A DNA stretch of 63,828 bases, filler included, from Cercozoa sp. M6MM (lineage: Eukaryota > Protista > Endomyxa: Ascetosporea): the NCBI GenBank assembly GCA_040357565.1. It is 12 parts of 12 records of this genome, joined end to end, with 100 filler letters (N's around TTAATTAATTAA, not from the genome) between each part and the next. Parts side by side here need not be neighbours in the genome. Positions count along the whole stretch, not along the records: positions 36,686 to 48,186 come from JBDODJ010000400.1; positions 48,287 to 59,124 come from JBDODJ010000426.1; 10 more parts are not named here. One strand, written 5' to 3'. Below are positions 38,299-51,497 of this stretch, in pieces; the first letter of the stretch is position 1; each line of letters begins with the position of its first letter. Below the pieces are notes generated by a model, which saw nothing but the letters and a program-made list of their open reading frames with translations, searched no databases and had not been told where the DNA came from. A program made the position numbers and the translations under genes.

Positions 38299-39803
38299 CT
38301 GCATGTGCGAGTTGGCGAACAGTCCGAGGATCGGCAGCTCGGTTTGCGCGTGCATGTCGTCCTGTCACACCACGAAGTGTGCACGCACCCACACCCACAC
38401 ACAACATGGAGGACAGAGGTACCTTGTTATCCACAAAGGTGTAGCCCTTCTCAGTCGCTTCGGCCAGCAGGTCCTGTGAAGGGAAGAAGGTAAAGGCAAG
38501 GGTTGGAAGGTGTCACGGGAGTGCCTACCTTGCCATCGCGGCGAAGTTCCGGACTGAAGTGACGCAAGCCACCTGCGTGTGTTTTCGCGTTAAGGGTACA
38601 CATTCAATCACGGTCCGAGCGAGCAGGCGTACCTCCGAGCATAATATCGGGCGAGATGGCGAGCTCGTGCTCGGCGATCTTGTCCTACACCACATAGACA
38701 TCGACGCAACCAGCAATTCTCCACATGCAATGATGTACCTCCTCATCACGGACACGAACGTGGGCGGCAAAGGCACCTACCAATAGGGCACAGATCTCGC
38801 TGCAGACTCACCTTGTGACAAGTGGGAGTGTACCAGGCGTGGCGTGAGTGATACGCGACGTGGCAACGAGGCCCGTGCGCAGACCTACTCATAGTGCAAC
38901 ATGACACAATCTGCGTACGTACTTAGAGAACTGTGCTACCCTTAATCTTGGCGGCTTCGAGCACGGTGGGACACCACTTGGCCTCACTGCACACAGACAC
39001 ACCTTTCAACTAACCTACCTGGCCAAACTTGTCGGTACCGATCGACGCCGATGGCACCGTTGTACGTCTTGAGAGCGCAGCTGCCAACCAGGAGGTAAAG
39101 AAACTCACTGAAGGAAAGGTGGCAGTGCTGTACGAGAAAGCGACGGCGCCAGCGGCCGAATCGGTCACGAGCGAGTCCGACGAGAACGTCTTGCTCTTGC
39201 CGACGAGGATAGAGTCGAGTGCTGTCTCGTACTGCGGGTCTTCGGCGGCCCAACCCAGACCGAGGCCTACACAGCCGTTAGTTCCAGAATAGAGGCAGCA
39301 AAGCGAAGTTTATGAAACACGATACGCGTCATGGTGTGACTTGACGGGCCATAGCCGTCCGACACAAAGAAAATCACATTGCGCGGGTCCTTGCCCGTGT
39401 CACCCAGGCCTAATCAACACGGTACACATACCATTTTCCACAATAGTATATGGGGACAAGTCATCGTACGCTCCATCAGAGGGTCGCTCTGCGACGACAT
39501 ACCGCCGGCCACGGCGACACCAGCGGTCATGAAGATCCCTCCAACCACGGCCACGATCAGCAAACGAAACACGATTCTAAGCACACACAAAGTATCCGCA
39601 ATCTCCACAGTTAGGGATATGCGGAAAAGTACTGCTGATGCCACTTGGTTGAAGTCTCCGAGGGCGCTGTCTGTGAAAACACAGACAACCATGCCCACCC
39701 TGACCAACAAACCACTGAAAGACAAACTGTGAGCACGATGCACCTCAGGCTGCATGTCGATAGCGGCCTCGTCTTCAGCAAGCCGCTGAAAGTCAGAGTC
39801 CAT
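36769..39803 (-). CDS. Alkaline phosphatase, Pho8-like with N-terminal membrane anchor; more than 20 introns; 3' truncated
   Basis: NVIFFVSDGYGP; LVTDSAAGA (catalytic Ser); KTYNGAIGVD; RITHATPG; IEGSRIDHAAHAN; SDHETGG; GWTTGGHSGVDVNLYAYG. Confidence 0.93.
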
Positions 39804-39961
39804 CGCACGCACAGGAGCACTAAGATAAACGAGAGTCGTGTGGTGTGCCTCCCATTGCGAAGCCCGGAGCGATCATTCAGTACAGATGATCACCCCTTTT
39901 TTAAACCTAAAAAAAAATCATTGCAGTGGCACCATAAAACCACCTTTGAACGACAGTACAC

Positions 39962-41870
39962 ATGTGCGCCAGCTATCGAGCGACGCCGGCGCGTCTGTTG
40001 AACACGCGGAGTGGTGATTTTTTTGAACTCTTCCGGAATCGCGACACTGCAGACGTCGGCGTTGGTAATGCATGTCTGCGCCTGGTCGGGCGTTGCTGGG
40101 ACACGGAGCAGCTGCGCGCTATGGCGATTCGATTGTAAGTCGGTACCACAAGTTTATCCTGTATTAAACTAGTTCCATTCATGCCGTTAGGGCGCTCAAC
40201 TTTGACATTCTGAGAATTGAGCACGTTGCCGTGCATCTGTCAGAGGAAGACTTGCTGCAGTTGTACAACGACCCGGCCAAGAGAAGAAAACTGGGTGCAG
40301 GCAGCCGAGCCGACATCCGCCAGGTTAGCGCCTTTGTGTGTCGCTGCAGTCAAAGCGTTTGCCTGTGTAGCGACGGTGACGGCACTGTCCAGGTACCGTC
40401 GCATGTGCACATGTATTAGTCCGAATGCTTAATGTACATTCACAGGTCAGGTGCATGACGTCTTGTAAACCACCTTCGTGTGACTTCGTCCTTACGCACG
40501 CAGAACTTGACGGCGAAAACTCGGTCTTTCTTTCACTGGTGCACAGTGTGTGGGCATACCGACGCGTACATCCGGTCGGGTATAATCATTATGTTTTTCT
40601 GTCGTGGGTATCAGGCTGGGGCTTATGTGCATGTGTGCAGTGAATGGTACCCTGAACCACGACCAACATCGTCGCAACTGTTCAGGCACGTGTCAATGCC
40701 AACCGTGTCATATCTTTCGCTCCCGTGTCTGTGCGTGTACCATGTGTTTGTTGCTGCAGCTGACTTTACTATGCTGGCACTGGTCGTCGCCGGAAAATGT
40801 GGCTTCCATCGTTAGAGATGCTGATGCACTCGGAAGGCACATTACAGTCCTGCACGTCGCTAAGAGTAAAGCCCAGTACGACGTAAACGACCGCCGTGGC
40901 CATTTCTGGAGACGCTTAAAGACACTCCTTTGGTACAGCAACAAAGCGGGTGTGTGGAGTTGCTTAGATGCGAATTAAGTATTTCTACAGTGACGTGAAC
41001 TTTGCCGTTCGCGGAATTGCGGATACTCGAAGCACCAAGTCTAAGCGCGAAAGCATGGTCGCACTCGAGGTTTTGACTGACGATGAGTGTTCTGAGTACC
41101 TTCAGCGCCACAAAGATCACGCCATCGTACGTTTCACATTTGTCTTGTGTTCTGTGTACTTGTGCTGAGCTACGATTTGTAGGTCTTCAGTGAAACCACC
41201 GTTCCGGGAGCGAGTGCGAATCCTTCGCACGTCAAAAAGGACACCGACACTGACATTAACAGTGGTACCACCGGGAGCGACACTCTGGGCCTCGACATTG
41301 CTTCTGCTGCCGTCGTGCCTTCTCCTTTGAGTGCGTTGCTTTGTGTATTCACTGTCGCACCTTCATCTTGCTTGTGTCACACAGGAAAGCTGCAGTTTCC
41401 GAAATCGCCTGTTATCTGTGTTGTCGGCGCCGAGGGCGAAGGTTTGTCAATCAACTTTGTTCGGCAAGTTCAGAAGCAACGACCATGGATGCCGGAGCAC
41501 CTAGTTGCTGGTGGGTCGCAGCAAGCGACATCGCCACTCGCTTTCATCTATGTTCGAACGTCGACGCGTCATCCCTCCCTTGTATTGAGATCGATGGCAC
41601 ACACACACACACAAACACCAACACACACAAACACCAACACACACAAACACCNNNNNNNNNNACACACACAAACACCAACACACACAAACACCAACACACA
41701 CAAACACCAACACACACCACACCGCACGCACACGCATATTTGTATCCTTTACATGCCTGCAGAATGCCAGCGTGACGATGCAGTTGCTCATGCGTGAGTG
41801 GCACTTACAACACAACGTGGAGTTCACCCTGACCGATTCGCGCCGGCGAGGCGATTCGGACCACTGCTGA
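39962..41870 (+). CDS. SpoU/TrmH-family (SPOUT) RNA 2'-O-methyltransferase; start uncertain
   Basis: Three SpoU motifs in order: SPENVASIVRDADALG, VVGAEGEGLS, SL|NASVT; TGA at 41868-41870. Confidence 0.7.
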
Positions 41871-42816
41871 AAATCGACGAGATCATGACCCTTCTCAATC
41901 TCCGCTCTCTACCCCGCGCTGGCTCATATCAGACTCGTGTGTGTATACGTCGCCGGCGCCGTCGCGTAGCGTCGCGAACGCGGAGGGTTACCTGTTCAAC
42001 TTAAACTCCCTTTTGAGGCATGATCGTGGTCAGTTCACGTCAGTCTATGTCGTGTCTACTAGTACAAAGTACCTGGTGTCAGTTTGTCGTTCCGCTGCAA
42101 CAGCCATAGGGTGGTTACAAGCGCATGGCTTAAACCCATCGCCCGCTTCGACGGAGGCCATCCAACTCCTTTTTACAGTTTCCCCAGTTCAGCTTTATTG
42201 ATTTTGTGTGTGTGGTTTCGGTGACACGTCATCTCGCCAAATGCAGAGCTGCCTCCGGGCAGACAGGCCTGCGAAACTTATCAAAAGGAACTTAAGGGAC
42301 ACCGAGTCAGCGCTGCATCCTTTGGGGTCGCGAACCAGGCTATCTACAGGCAAGGTCCGGCTTCCTTGGTTGGTATTTGAAACTGGCTGGCTGTCAATAT
42401 AACAACTATTGTGCAATTTAATCTTGTTAAAGCAACTTAGGTACCAAACAATGTCAGGTGCAATATCGATACCGTTGCTGCTGACGGTGTACGTCGGCAT
42501 TGCAACGGCCAGCACAACGACGGGCAGCAACAGGACTGAAGCAGGACATCCACAAAACCCTTACATTCCGCCACGTAAGCACAACTATAAATTACCCCTA
42601 CACCGCACAGTTCAGCTTTCTGTTGTGAGACAATATATCATCTTGCAGTACAACTTGCTGGCATCCACGGTCAGCCAAACCCACAGAGCGGGGCTCTCTT
42701 TCCCTCTCAAGATTACGCAGGTAACATCGACGGTACATTACTTTATTGGACCACCGGCGCCTTAAATCTTGGTTCTTTTCCTACCCGGTGCGGATTCGAT
42801 ATGTAAAATAGAAGAG

Positions 42817-44108
42817 ATGTCTTTTGTCTCAAGTTCGTCTTCTCTGACGTCCGTTTCACCACATACTACTCGGCGAGGAACAACCCTGACGCCTATCGAG
42901 CACGATGAACCCATCCTTCACTCAGCGGGTACTGCAAATTCGTTCTTTTCGTACTACTTGACTTGAATTCTTCTTGTGTTTTGCAATTCAAAGTCCCGCC
43001 ACTGCGAGAAACAGCCGTACACTGTTCTTTTGTGCGTGGATTCAACTGAAGGTGTTGTATTTAGAAGTTGCATGTGCTGACAGCATGGGCAGCAATGGCA
43101 GACACTCCAACAACTGCGACACGAGCCGGTGGACAATGAGGACAAGGAAAGTGAAGAGGAACCCGGACCATTAGGTGTTGACAGCGCACCTAACTCACAC
43201 GCGCACGCACAGCATCAGGAGTGCTCGAGAGGCGACACTTTACAGTCGGTCTTCTGCGGCAACTCGCCTCCTACCACTGAACGTATCGCGACAGTGAAGC
43301 ACTGGCAAGACTGCGCGGCAGGCGCGAAGGATGCGGACGTGTCGATACCCGTCTGCACTTGTGACGGGGAGCACTACTCTTCGCGCCAGTCGTCGCTTGA
43401 GATGCAGCGAAACCGTGGACCGAGCTCACCCGCCAATGGTATCTACTGGAGCACTTGTCTCGATAAAATCTGTACTGTAGCGAATAAACAAAACGAAGTG
43501 ATTGTGCAGGAGTCGATGCAGCGCTGGACTTTGACTTTGGTGTCTCTGCCCACTATCCGCAATGTCCTTTCGGTGCATGGGCTGGCACCAGCTACTTTGT
43601 GAATGGCATGTCAGGCCTGTCGCCCTTCCAACAGCCTGCACCCATGCTTCCGCGAGACACCCAACAACGGTACCGTGCTGAAGCTGACGTCGCAGACGAC
43701 GTTGACGGGTCGATCGGTGGACTGTTCCGATCCATCTGTCCATTCGGGGTACCTGCCCAACTTGAAAGAAAGAAGGTCCCAAGGGATACATGTACTGTAC
43801 TGCAGGTCAACATAGGAGGAGGCTGTTGCTGTTACTGTTGCGGCACTGGCAGAACCACACAAGCCAGCAGAGGTAACGTTCAAGCCGACCTGCGCGTGCC
43901 ATTCGGAGGCCCGGCTGGCGTCTTCCTTGCGCGCATGGGCTTTCGTACCCCTCAGGTACACGATGCTTTATGGATGGATGCATCGCAAATTAAAAATAAT
44001 CAAGTGTAAATTGTAAGCACACAGCGAGTGGCTGGCGGAGGTTTAGTCTGCGCTACCCTCAGCATCTTCTTGTTCATCTTGTTCGTGTTCTGGACGCCGT
44101 GGAATTGA
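42817..44108 (+). CDS. Hypothetical protein with Cys cluster and C-terminal TM segment
   Basis: Phase-consistent exons ending ..GGCCCYCCG..|RVAGGGLVCATLSIFLFILFVFWTPWN*. Confidence 0.45.
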
Positions 44109-44299
44109 CAGAATAGCTAAGCAGGCGAAACGAAAGGAGCGCCGCGCCAACGCATTCGGCTAAACTAGCAATGCGTCCTTCGCGTCGCGCGCTACGCTAG
44201 CCGCGCATCGCATCACATCGCGTCGTAGATATGCACATTATACCAGTTAACGCGTACGCGACAGAAGTTACACCGGCACTAGAGACCTCAAGATAAAGA

Positions 44300-44941
44300 T
44301 GACAAATGAGAGAAGAAAGCAAACAAGTGGACAACATGATAATACTAAGACTACTAGTAGACAGGAAACTGGACTACAACGCTCATTCAGAGCAAATCCA
44401 CCAAAAGAATATCCAAAAGAATCAACACTGAAGAGACTGCTGCGCTATTACACCTCGCAATGCAGATATGCAAGGCATAGAACTTTGGTGGTACTCTACT
44501 GGTATACAACAAGGGAACCATCTTACACCTCACAACGCCGCAAAAGGCAGTACCCGATGAGATCGATGCCGGTTGGGGGAACTGCATTGAGCGCCTCCCG
44601 CATTGAGATCCAACTCAACAAACCAGCAGACAAGCAAGCCAACACTGACAGACATTATAGAACCAACAACGGTGGATAATACTCAACAAGAATCACAGAA
44701 ACTGAAGCAATGCACTCGAGCCCGAAAGAGCAGCGAAGAAGAAGCAAAAGATGAAGCAACACAAGGTACAAACGCCCCATACTCGCACGAAGAGCCAAAC
44801 GCAGGACAGAGGAGGCATAACAAACAGGACACGTCCGAAGTCCATAGAAACACATCAACTCACGTCGCGTCGCGTAGACTCCTAAGAATGAGCGCAAACT
44901 CAGCAGTACTCCACCGCACGAGTTGGCTGCGTCGGGGATAG
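44300..44941 (+). mobile_element. A-rich intronless segment; possible decayed non-LTR element (APE endonuclease-like)
   Basis: Strong A skew unlike flanking genes. DYNAHS near 44372 resembles GDFNAH. Frames are broken. Confidence 0.2.
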
Positions 44942-44984
44942 TTGGTTTCTGTTTCTTAGTAGACTGAACTAACTAACGACTCGG

Positions 44985-46803
44985 TTACTGGGCGGGGATG
45001 TTTCGCTCGCACACACGTCGCACGGCGGCCACGATGTTGTTCTGCTTCGGGAGCGTCAGCTGCTCGAGGTTGGTCGCGTAAGGAGCCGGCACGTCAGCAC
45101 CTACACCATTCAGAAGTACGTGATCCGAGAGGAAGTATGCCCCAGCGGAAAGTGCATGTACTTGTGACACGCTCGACAGGAGCATCGAGGAGATCGAAAG
45201 CGTCACTTTCCATCACAAGCGCGGCAATCTGCGATGCATACTCCCATAATGGCATATCACCCGATCCACAAAAAGCGCGTGCCTCAGCGCCGACGCCATG
45301 CTGCGGGAAGCCCTCCTCAACCTGCAATTATTGCATAAACACACCCCGCGGTTCGAACACAGAAGGAGACGATACCGTGACCAGACGGTTGGTCTTGCGC
45401 ACAGAGTTGATGACCGCCTCGCGGTCCAGCGGTCTAAACCATCATATGCATACACCTTCCCCATCCGCGGCGTGTGATTGGTACCGAATGCTTCGTAGGT
45501 TGAGCACCTCGATCGAAATGCCGGCAGCGTTAAGTTCCTTCACACAAATTGAAATTTAGGTAAAAGAAAAATGCGAAGGGCAGATGCGCGCACCTCAGCG
45601 GCTTCAAGCGCCGTGCCGACGACTCGGCCATGCGCGACGATGGTGACATCGGTGCCCTCGCGCTCAACCTTGGCCTTGCCTTCACGGGGAAGGCACACAT
45701 ACAAGTGGTACCAAGACTCCAACAATCAGCTTACCGATGGGCAGCACAAAGTCAGGCGACAGCACCTCCTCGGAGAGGTCGAACTCTTGGTTGTACATGA
45801 TCTCGCTCTCCAAGAAGACGACCTGCAAGGACAGACACACATGTGCACTAACCCAAAGTGCAACGAGGATGATGGCGACAGAGTACCGGATCCGGGTCGC
45901 GGATGGCAGCCTTCAACAGACCACGCGCGTCCTCGGCCGACCACGGGGCGAGCACCTTAAGACCAGGCACATGGGCGTACCAGGCGGCATAGCACTGCGA
46001 GTGCTGTGCACCAACGGCCAGCGGGTTACCTGCAGCACAAGTGTACATAACAATGCGAAAGCAACGAATTCTGCGCTCGGTGCGAGTACCGTTGGGGCCA
46101 CGGAACACGACGGGACACGTGACCTGGCCTCCACTCATGTAGTGGATCTTAGCAGCCGAGTTGATGATGTGATCGATGCCCTGCATCGCGAAGTTCATCG
46201 TCATGAACTCGCACACCGGGCGGCAGCCGGCGAATGCGGCACCAACGGCCATACCCTACCCACACAGGTACAGATACCGGTACAATGGCGAACCCAAAGT
46301 GAGCTGTGTGCCCAAGGTACAGCAAAACCCATCTCCGTGATGGGCGTGTCGCGCACACGCATGCTGCCGTACTTGTCGTGCAGGCCCTTGGTAACCTTGT
46401 AGGCGCCATTGTAGCGTGCGACCTCCTCACCCATGATGAAGACGGACTCATCACGCGCCAGCTCCTCGTCCAGGGCCGAGTTGAGCGCCTCGCGCACCGT
46501 CATGCGCTTCGTGCCCGTCGACATGTGCCGCTGCGTTCAACACACGCATATGTACACAAGGATTATACATACGGGTGGCCAACACTCATGCAACTCGCAC
46601 AACATAACCAACAATTTGCCACACACCGATCGAACATGTAAACAGCAGCCAAGCACGGCAACGCATCAATAAAACCGCTTCTGCACATGCTGGGTACACC
46701 AAAGGCCTCGCTGGGCTCCCAGACCGCAAAAATGCAACACTGCCCGCAGGCGAAGGAAACAACCAACCAGAGCGGCACGTCCTGCTCGCGAAGCACGGAT
46801 CAT
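44985..46803 (-). CDS. PDHB: Pyruvate dehydrogenase E1 beta subunit, mitochondrial; first exon(s) approximate
   Basis: [92 protein letters not shown]|[16 protein letters not shown]. Confidence 0.97.
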
Positions 46804-47091
46804 TGCACAGCTGCGAGACCAACAGAACACACTAGCTTGCTGATTTTTTGGTGGCTACTGTACTACTGTACTGTACTGTATACTGATGCTGATTACTGTA
46901 CATGTTGTATTAATACTGTAATAGTTATTCAAGTACCCCCCCTTAATGAAACGGGAACTACCGCAAGACTGCTCAGCACACGGCCCGAATCCTTGTGCCT
47001 CAGACCTTGTTACACTACGCTGTGTTTCTTGTTCTGATTTCCCACCCTCCCACTTGTGCGCATTTTTTGACCAAATCAGTCACACTCCGCA

Positions 47092-47477
47092 ATGATGTTT
47101 GGTGGAATGCCTGGCATGCCCGGCCAAATGCCGCCCCCGGACAACAGCCCTGAGGTAGCTTCCTTTTCTTTAATACCCTTAAGGCAAATGTAAGCACGTC
47201 TGCATTTCCGTGCATGCAGTGGTGGAAGACGACGAAGAAGATTGCCTCGACGACGCTCTCCTGGGCAACGGTATCTGTTGTCCTTTCCCCATGTCCCGGT
47301 ACATGCACTTTTTTTAACGTGTGTATGTGCTGACAGTTCGTTTTGCACTACGTGTCGGTGCCGGCAACCGTGTACTACTGCGCTACCAAGTACCAGCTCC
47401 CCGCGTCGACTCTGGTAGAGATCACGAGACCGCGCACGTCGCCGGCGATCTTTGAGGCCATGCAGACGCAGCAATAA
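47092..47477 (+). CDS. Small membrane protein, Tom7-like
   Basis: Three exons: MMFGGMPG..SPE|WWKTTKKIASTTLSWAT|FVLHYVSVPATVYYCATK..*. HYxxxP within a single TM resembles Tom7 HYGFIPL. Confidence 0.45.
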
Positions 47478-48136
47478 GCGAGATTTGCTGACTTGGACTG
47501 GAACAACAAGACATACAGTGGGTTCGATTGTTGTTGACTCATTGTGATCAAGAGTTTTTGCCGCGTTAAACGTCCGCTAATTGTGTAGTATGCACTAAAC
47601 ACTACCAATTAGAGTAACTTAGGGCCAAATCGATCAGAGAAATCAAGATATCCTTAAATAATTCCTTAATTTTTGTTGTGTGAGCGCCGACAGTGCGTGG
47701 AATGCCAAAGCACAAATTAGATGCGTTACTGAGCGCTAGGAGGTAGAGTTTCATCCTAAACACTAATGCACTCGACATCGTGGTCGAGTTTGACCTACGT
47801 GCAAAAGTGGTGAATGCAAAACACGTTCACAATAACAGCTGAGAACTACCGCGCGTGAAACACACGTCAAGGCGACAAACACGGACATTAAACTGTGCAT
47901 CGCCATGCGCACGTTGCAGTTATGGCGGGGTGACGACGGCACACGGCACGACGTCGTCTGGGAGTCGGCGTCCAAACGCCGACGTAGCACACCTTTCGGG
48001 CGGCGACGGCGACGGACGACTCTTGCGTCCAGCGGAGTGAGTCATATTGCCCACTTGCCTCTTGGGGCAACTCACTCCACAACACAACACGCATTGCCAC
48101 TACAGCAACACGCGCTGGTCACGCATACGCATTCGC

Positions 48137-48186
<50 letters not shown>

Positions 48187-48317
48187 NNNNNNNNNNNNNN
48201 NNNNNNNNNNNNNNNNNNNNNNNNNNNNNNTTAATTAATTAANNNNNNNNNNNNNNNNNNNNNNNNNNNNNNNNNNNNNNNNNNNNGTGTGTGTGAGTGT
48301 GTGAGTGTGTTGTTTAG

Positions 48318-49308
48318 AAGAGAACTGGACGCAGCGGCCGCTGCTGGTTGTCGTCGCAGGTCACGTGTTCGACGTCGGTGCTGCCGGAGCTGCCTACTAC
48401 GACCCGTATCACTCAGTGAACAATCAACTGCCCAAGTGAGATGCTCTTTATTTGAATGTACTGACAGGAGACGAGAAGGCAGCGCTGGCTACTCGGTCTT
48501 TACCTTCCAGGACGTGTCGTTGTCGTTTGTGACCGGCGAGTTTGAAAACAAGGAAGGTACAGACACTTCTCTCTGTGTGCTAGGGGCGTGTAGGGTCGGT
48601 TGCTTCCTGCAGACGAAGAGCATGAGCAAGACATGACGTGTGCTCAAGTCGTTAGTATCTTGGACTGGCTCAAGTTCTACCACACGCACGGCAGCTACAG
48701 CTTCGTCGGCGTGCTGGCTCCCAGCGGCGACAGCGACGCCTTTCACAGTGCGACTGGTCTGTCCTCAAAGTGGCAGCACACACTGCGCACATGTGCACAA
48801 GAGTGGCAACGTCAGGTGCCTTCATCTTTATGTATCCAGGTGTCAATAATGCCACATTGTGTATATAGGTGGAGCACGCACAGTCGCAAGAAGGCCTCGA
48901 GCAGCGTTTCCCGCCCTGCAACGTGCGTGTCACACAGCGTGCGCACCTTGTGTGGTGCACACCCTCCTCCGGCGGTACTTTATTCTCGTCCATTCATGTG
49001 CACATATCTCAAGTGTCTCTGTAGGCATCAAACGAGAGTGGGCTGGCGTGCCAAGACGTATCGCATTCGACAGTGCCGACAAGACGGAAGGAAAACACCG
49101 CTGCGGCTGCGTCGATGATCGCTCGAGCGCCGAACTGATGCACACCGCTGTGGTACCTTCCTTCTTTCGCACTGCTTATGATTGAGCATGTTTGCAACTT
49201 TCCCAGGCGGTGTACGAGGAGTGCGCGCACCTGAGTGTCCACAATCCGCGCTGCTGGCTCAAGGGCACCGAGGCCCTCATGCGCGAGGACACTGGCGGCG
49301 CCTTTTGA
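48318..49308 (+). CDS. Neuferricin/CYB5D2-like (MAPR family) cytochrome b5 domain protein; 5' truncated
   Basis: LLVVVAGHVFDVG..YY; YSVFTFQDVSLSFVTGEF; DWLKFYHTHGSYSFVGVL; QRFPPCN..VWC; WAGVPRR..RCGCV. Confidence 0.8.
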
Positions 49309-49464
49309 TGATTTTGGTTTCTTAATATGTCAGACAGGTCATGATCGAACTGAACTTAACTGAAGTCGTAAGTCAACGCAACTTATTCGAGTCGAGTGAG
49401 TGAAATAGGTACTAGTACAGTAGATATACAGTGTGCAGTCAAACCGTAGTAACTTGAGCGGAGT

Positions 49465-49950
49465 TTACTCGCTGGCCTCGGCGACAGCGTGCGTGAGGAC
49501 GCCGTTATGGAAGGTCGACGTGAACTGCTCCGGGAGCGGCGACTCGCTCATCTCGTCGCCCTTGGGCGCAAAGACGTTGGTCTCCGACGAGCCCGACGAG
49601 TAGATCGTGACACCCTCGGCGGTCTCGGCCGAGAGGTAGAGCTTGGTGCCGGTGCTCTTGTCGATCTGGATGGTGGGCACCGTGCCCGTCGTCTGCACCG
49701 AGACCTTCTTGCAGTTCACGAGCTCGCACGAGGCCACAGCCGTCTCGAACAGCACGCCCACCTGCTGCGAGCCCGAGATCGACACGTTGTTGACCTTGCC
49801 GTTGACCTTGACGACGCCGCCCTTGGCGCCCTCGATGAACACCGACATCTTGAGCTCGCCCTGCACCTCAAACGGCGTCTCCGAGTACTCTTCGGCCGTC
49901 ACGCCCGTAACGATCAGACGGTTGCCGAGCTTCTGCGTGGTGGCGGGCAT
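49465..49950 (-). CDS. Cyclase-associated protein C-terminal (CARP) domain-only protein, intronless, 161 aa
   Basis: VNGKVNNVSI..AVASCELVNCKKVSVQTTGTVPTIQIDKSTGTKLYLS..SSGSSETNV..ESPLPEQF. Confidence 0.9.
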   Translation of the reverse strand: MPATTQKLGNRLIVTGVTAEEYSETPFEVQGELKMSVFIEGAKGGVVKVNGKVNNVSISGSQQVGVLFETAVASCELVNCKKVSVQTTGTVPTIQIDKSTGTKLYLSAETAEGVTIYSSGSSETNVFAPKGDEMSESPLPEQFTSTFHNGVLTHAVAEASE

Positions 49951-50517
49951 TGTGTGTGTGTGTGCGAAGGGACTGTTCTGCACAACAGGGGAATAACTTT
50001 GCAATGGCCCGATCAAAAACTAGCAACCAAAACCAGAGAGCAAACAAAGCACTAAATCGACAACTAAATCAAGCAAAATACGCACGGGAGAACCCTGAGT
50101 TCTTGCAAGAGAAGCAACAAAGACACGTCTCGCAAAGGGCAAAGTCATTGTTGCAAAAATGGCAAAGCCTCATGCGCTCTCCAAAGTCTCCCAACTGCAC
50201 ATAGTGCAGTTCCAGCTTGTGTACAACGTACGATTGTCAAAGACAAAGAAAAGTGTGTGATGCTGGAAAGGGGCTTCGATGGCCGAGCGCGTGTCAGATC
50301 GGAAGCAGGCTATTTCGGTCAGCTGTACGCCGCTTTGTACCAACTGATGGGGCATTGGGAACGTTACAGTATCTGTGCACAGCAGTGGCAGTGGCGTGTG
50401 TATAGTCACTTAACAGTGTGGAAGTGCTCCAATTAGTGTTTCCTGGTCTCTTGGCAGATTGGATCAAGGCCCAGATACCGCAGAGGTGCCTCAGCGCGAT
50501 CGGAAACAGAAACAGCA

Positions 50518-51301
50518 ATGTCACGGATAGTGCTGCCCGGGCAGAGCTACGAGAGCTTCTACAAGTTTCCACTGCAGAGTATGCGCGAGCTGAAGGGCGC
50601 TTTCTGCTGTCAGGAGTACATCCAAGCGCGTATCCGACGCGACCCATCGGACCTGTCGAGTATCTGCGACATGCCGGAGGACTACTCGGATGAGGCCGTC
50701 TGGGTGCTCGAGCATTTGCGCCAACTGCTCACTGACATCAATCAGCTGCTCGTTGCTTTGGTACCCCCTTTATCCCTTTGCCACACCCGTTACCCCCCCC
50801 CCCCCCCCCCCTAATGTAGCGAGATGACTGCACTGTCGAGACGTGTCCGAAAATGTGTGTCGGCAACTTTGAGTACCTGTGTGCTGCGCACAACAAGGGT
50901 CCCATCGAGGTAATTTTATGCCCCCCCCCCCCCCGGGGAGTGTGAGGATGGTTACCCCCCCCCCCCCTCGCCAGTGCTGTGCCGTGGACTACGGGTTGCA
51001 CACGGTGGCGGCTTTCATCTCGCTGCTGAACAATCCGAGCGAGTTCCGCAGTCGCGTCGTCGTTAGCAAGAAGGGCAGCAAGAACTTTGGCAACATTGCG
51101 CGCCGCGTCTACCGTGTGCTGTCACACGCCTTCACCAGTCACGCCAATTCCTTCGTGCGCTTCGAGGCGCAGCACTACGTCGCGCACCGTTTCATCTACG
51201 TGTGCCGCAAGTTCAAACTCATGGAGAGCAAGGCCTTTGGCCTCATGGACGTCGCCGCCATGAAGCAACTCGTCGCTGCCGAGGCCTCTGCTCACCACTG
51301 A
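50518..51301 (+). CDS. MOB4: MOB4/phocein (STRIPAK subunit)
   Basis: QEYIQ..VWVLEHLRQ..CTVETCPKM..YLCAAH..CCAVDYGLHT..FRSRV..IARRVYRVLSHAF. Two GT-AG introns. Confidence 0.9.
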
Positions 51302-51497
51302 CGTGACTTTGGGTGTGAATCAGCGGCACCTCGCCTGTATTTCGCCGGCGGTTGATCGTAGCGTATGATCAATTTCACAGTGTTTAAAAGTACTGGTTAA
51401 ATCATCGGTCGAGTTATCGAACCGATGATCCCCGCCCGCAAGTAAATTGGTAACGTTACTTAGAAACCCGGCTTGAACTGACTGAACGAACGGAAGC

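Noticed and set aside
41900-42760. Minus-strand gene between the SpoU gene and the hypothetical gene
   Set aside because: Splice-like signals are present, but no consistent reading frame or motif could be assembled.
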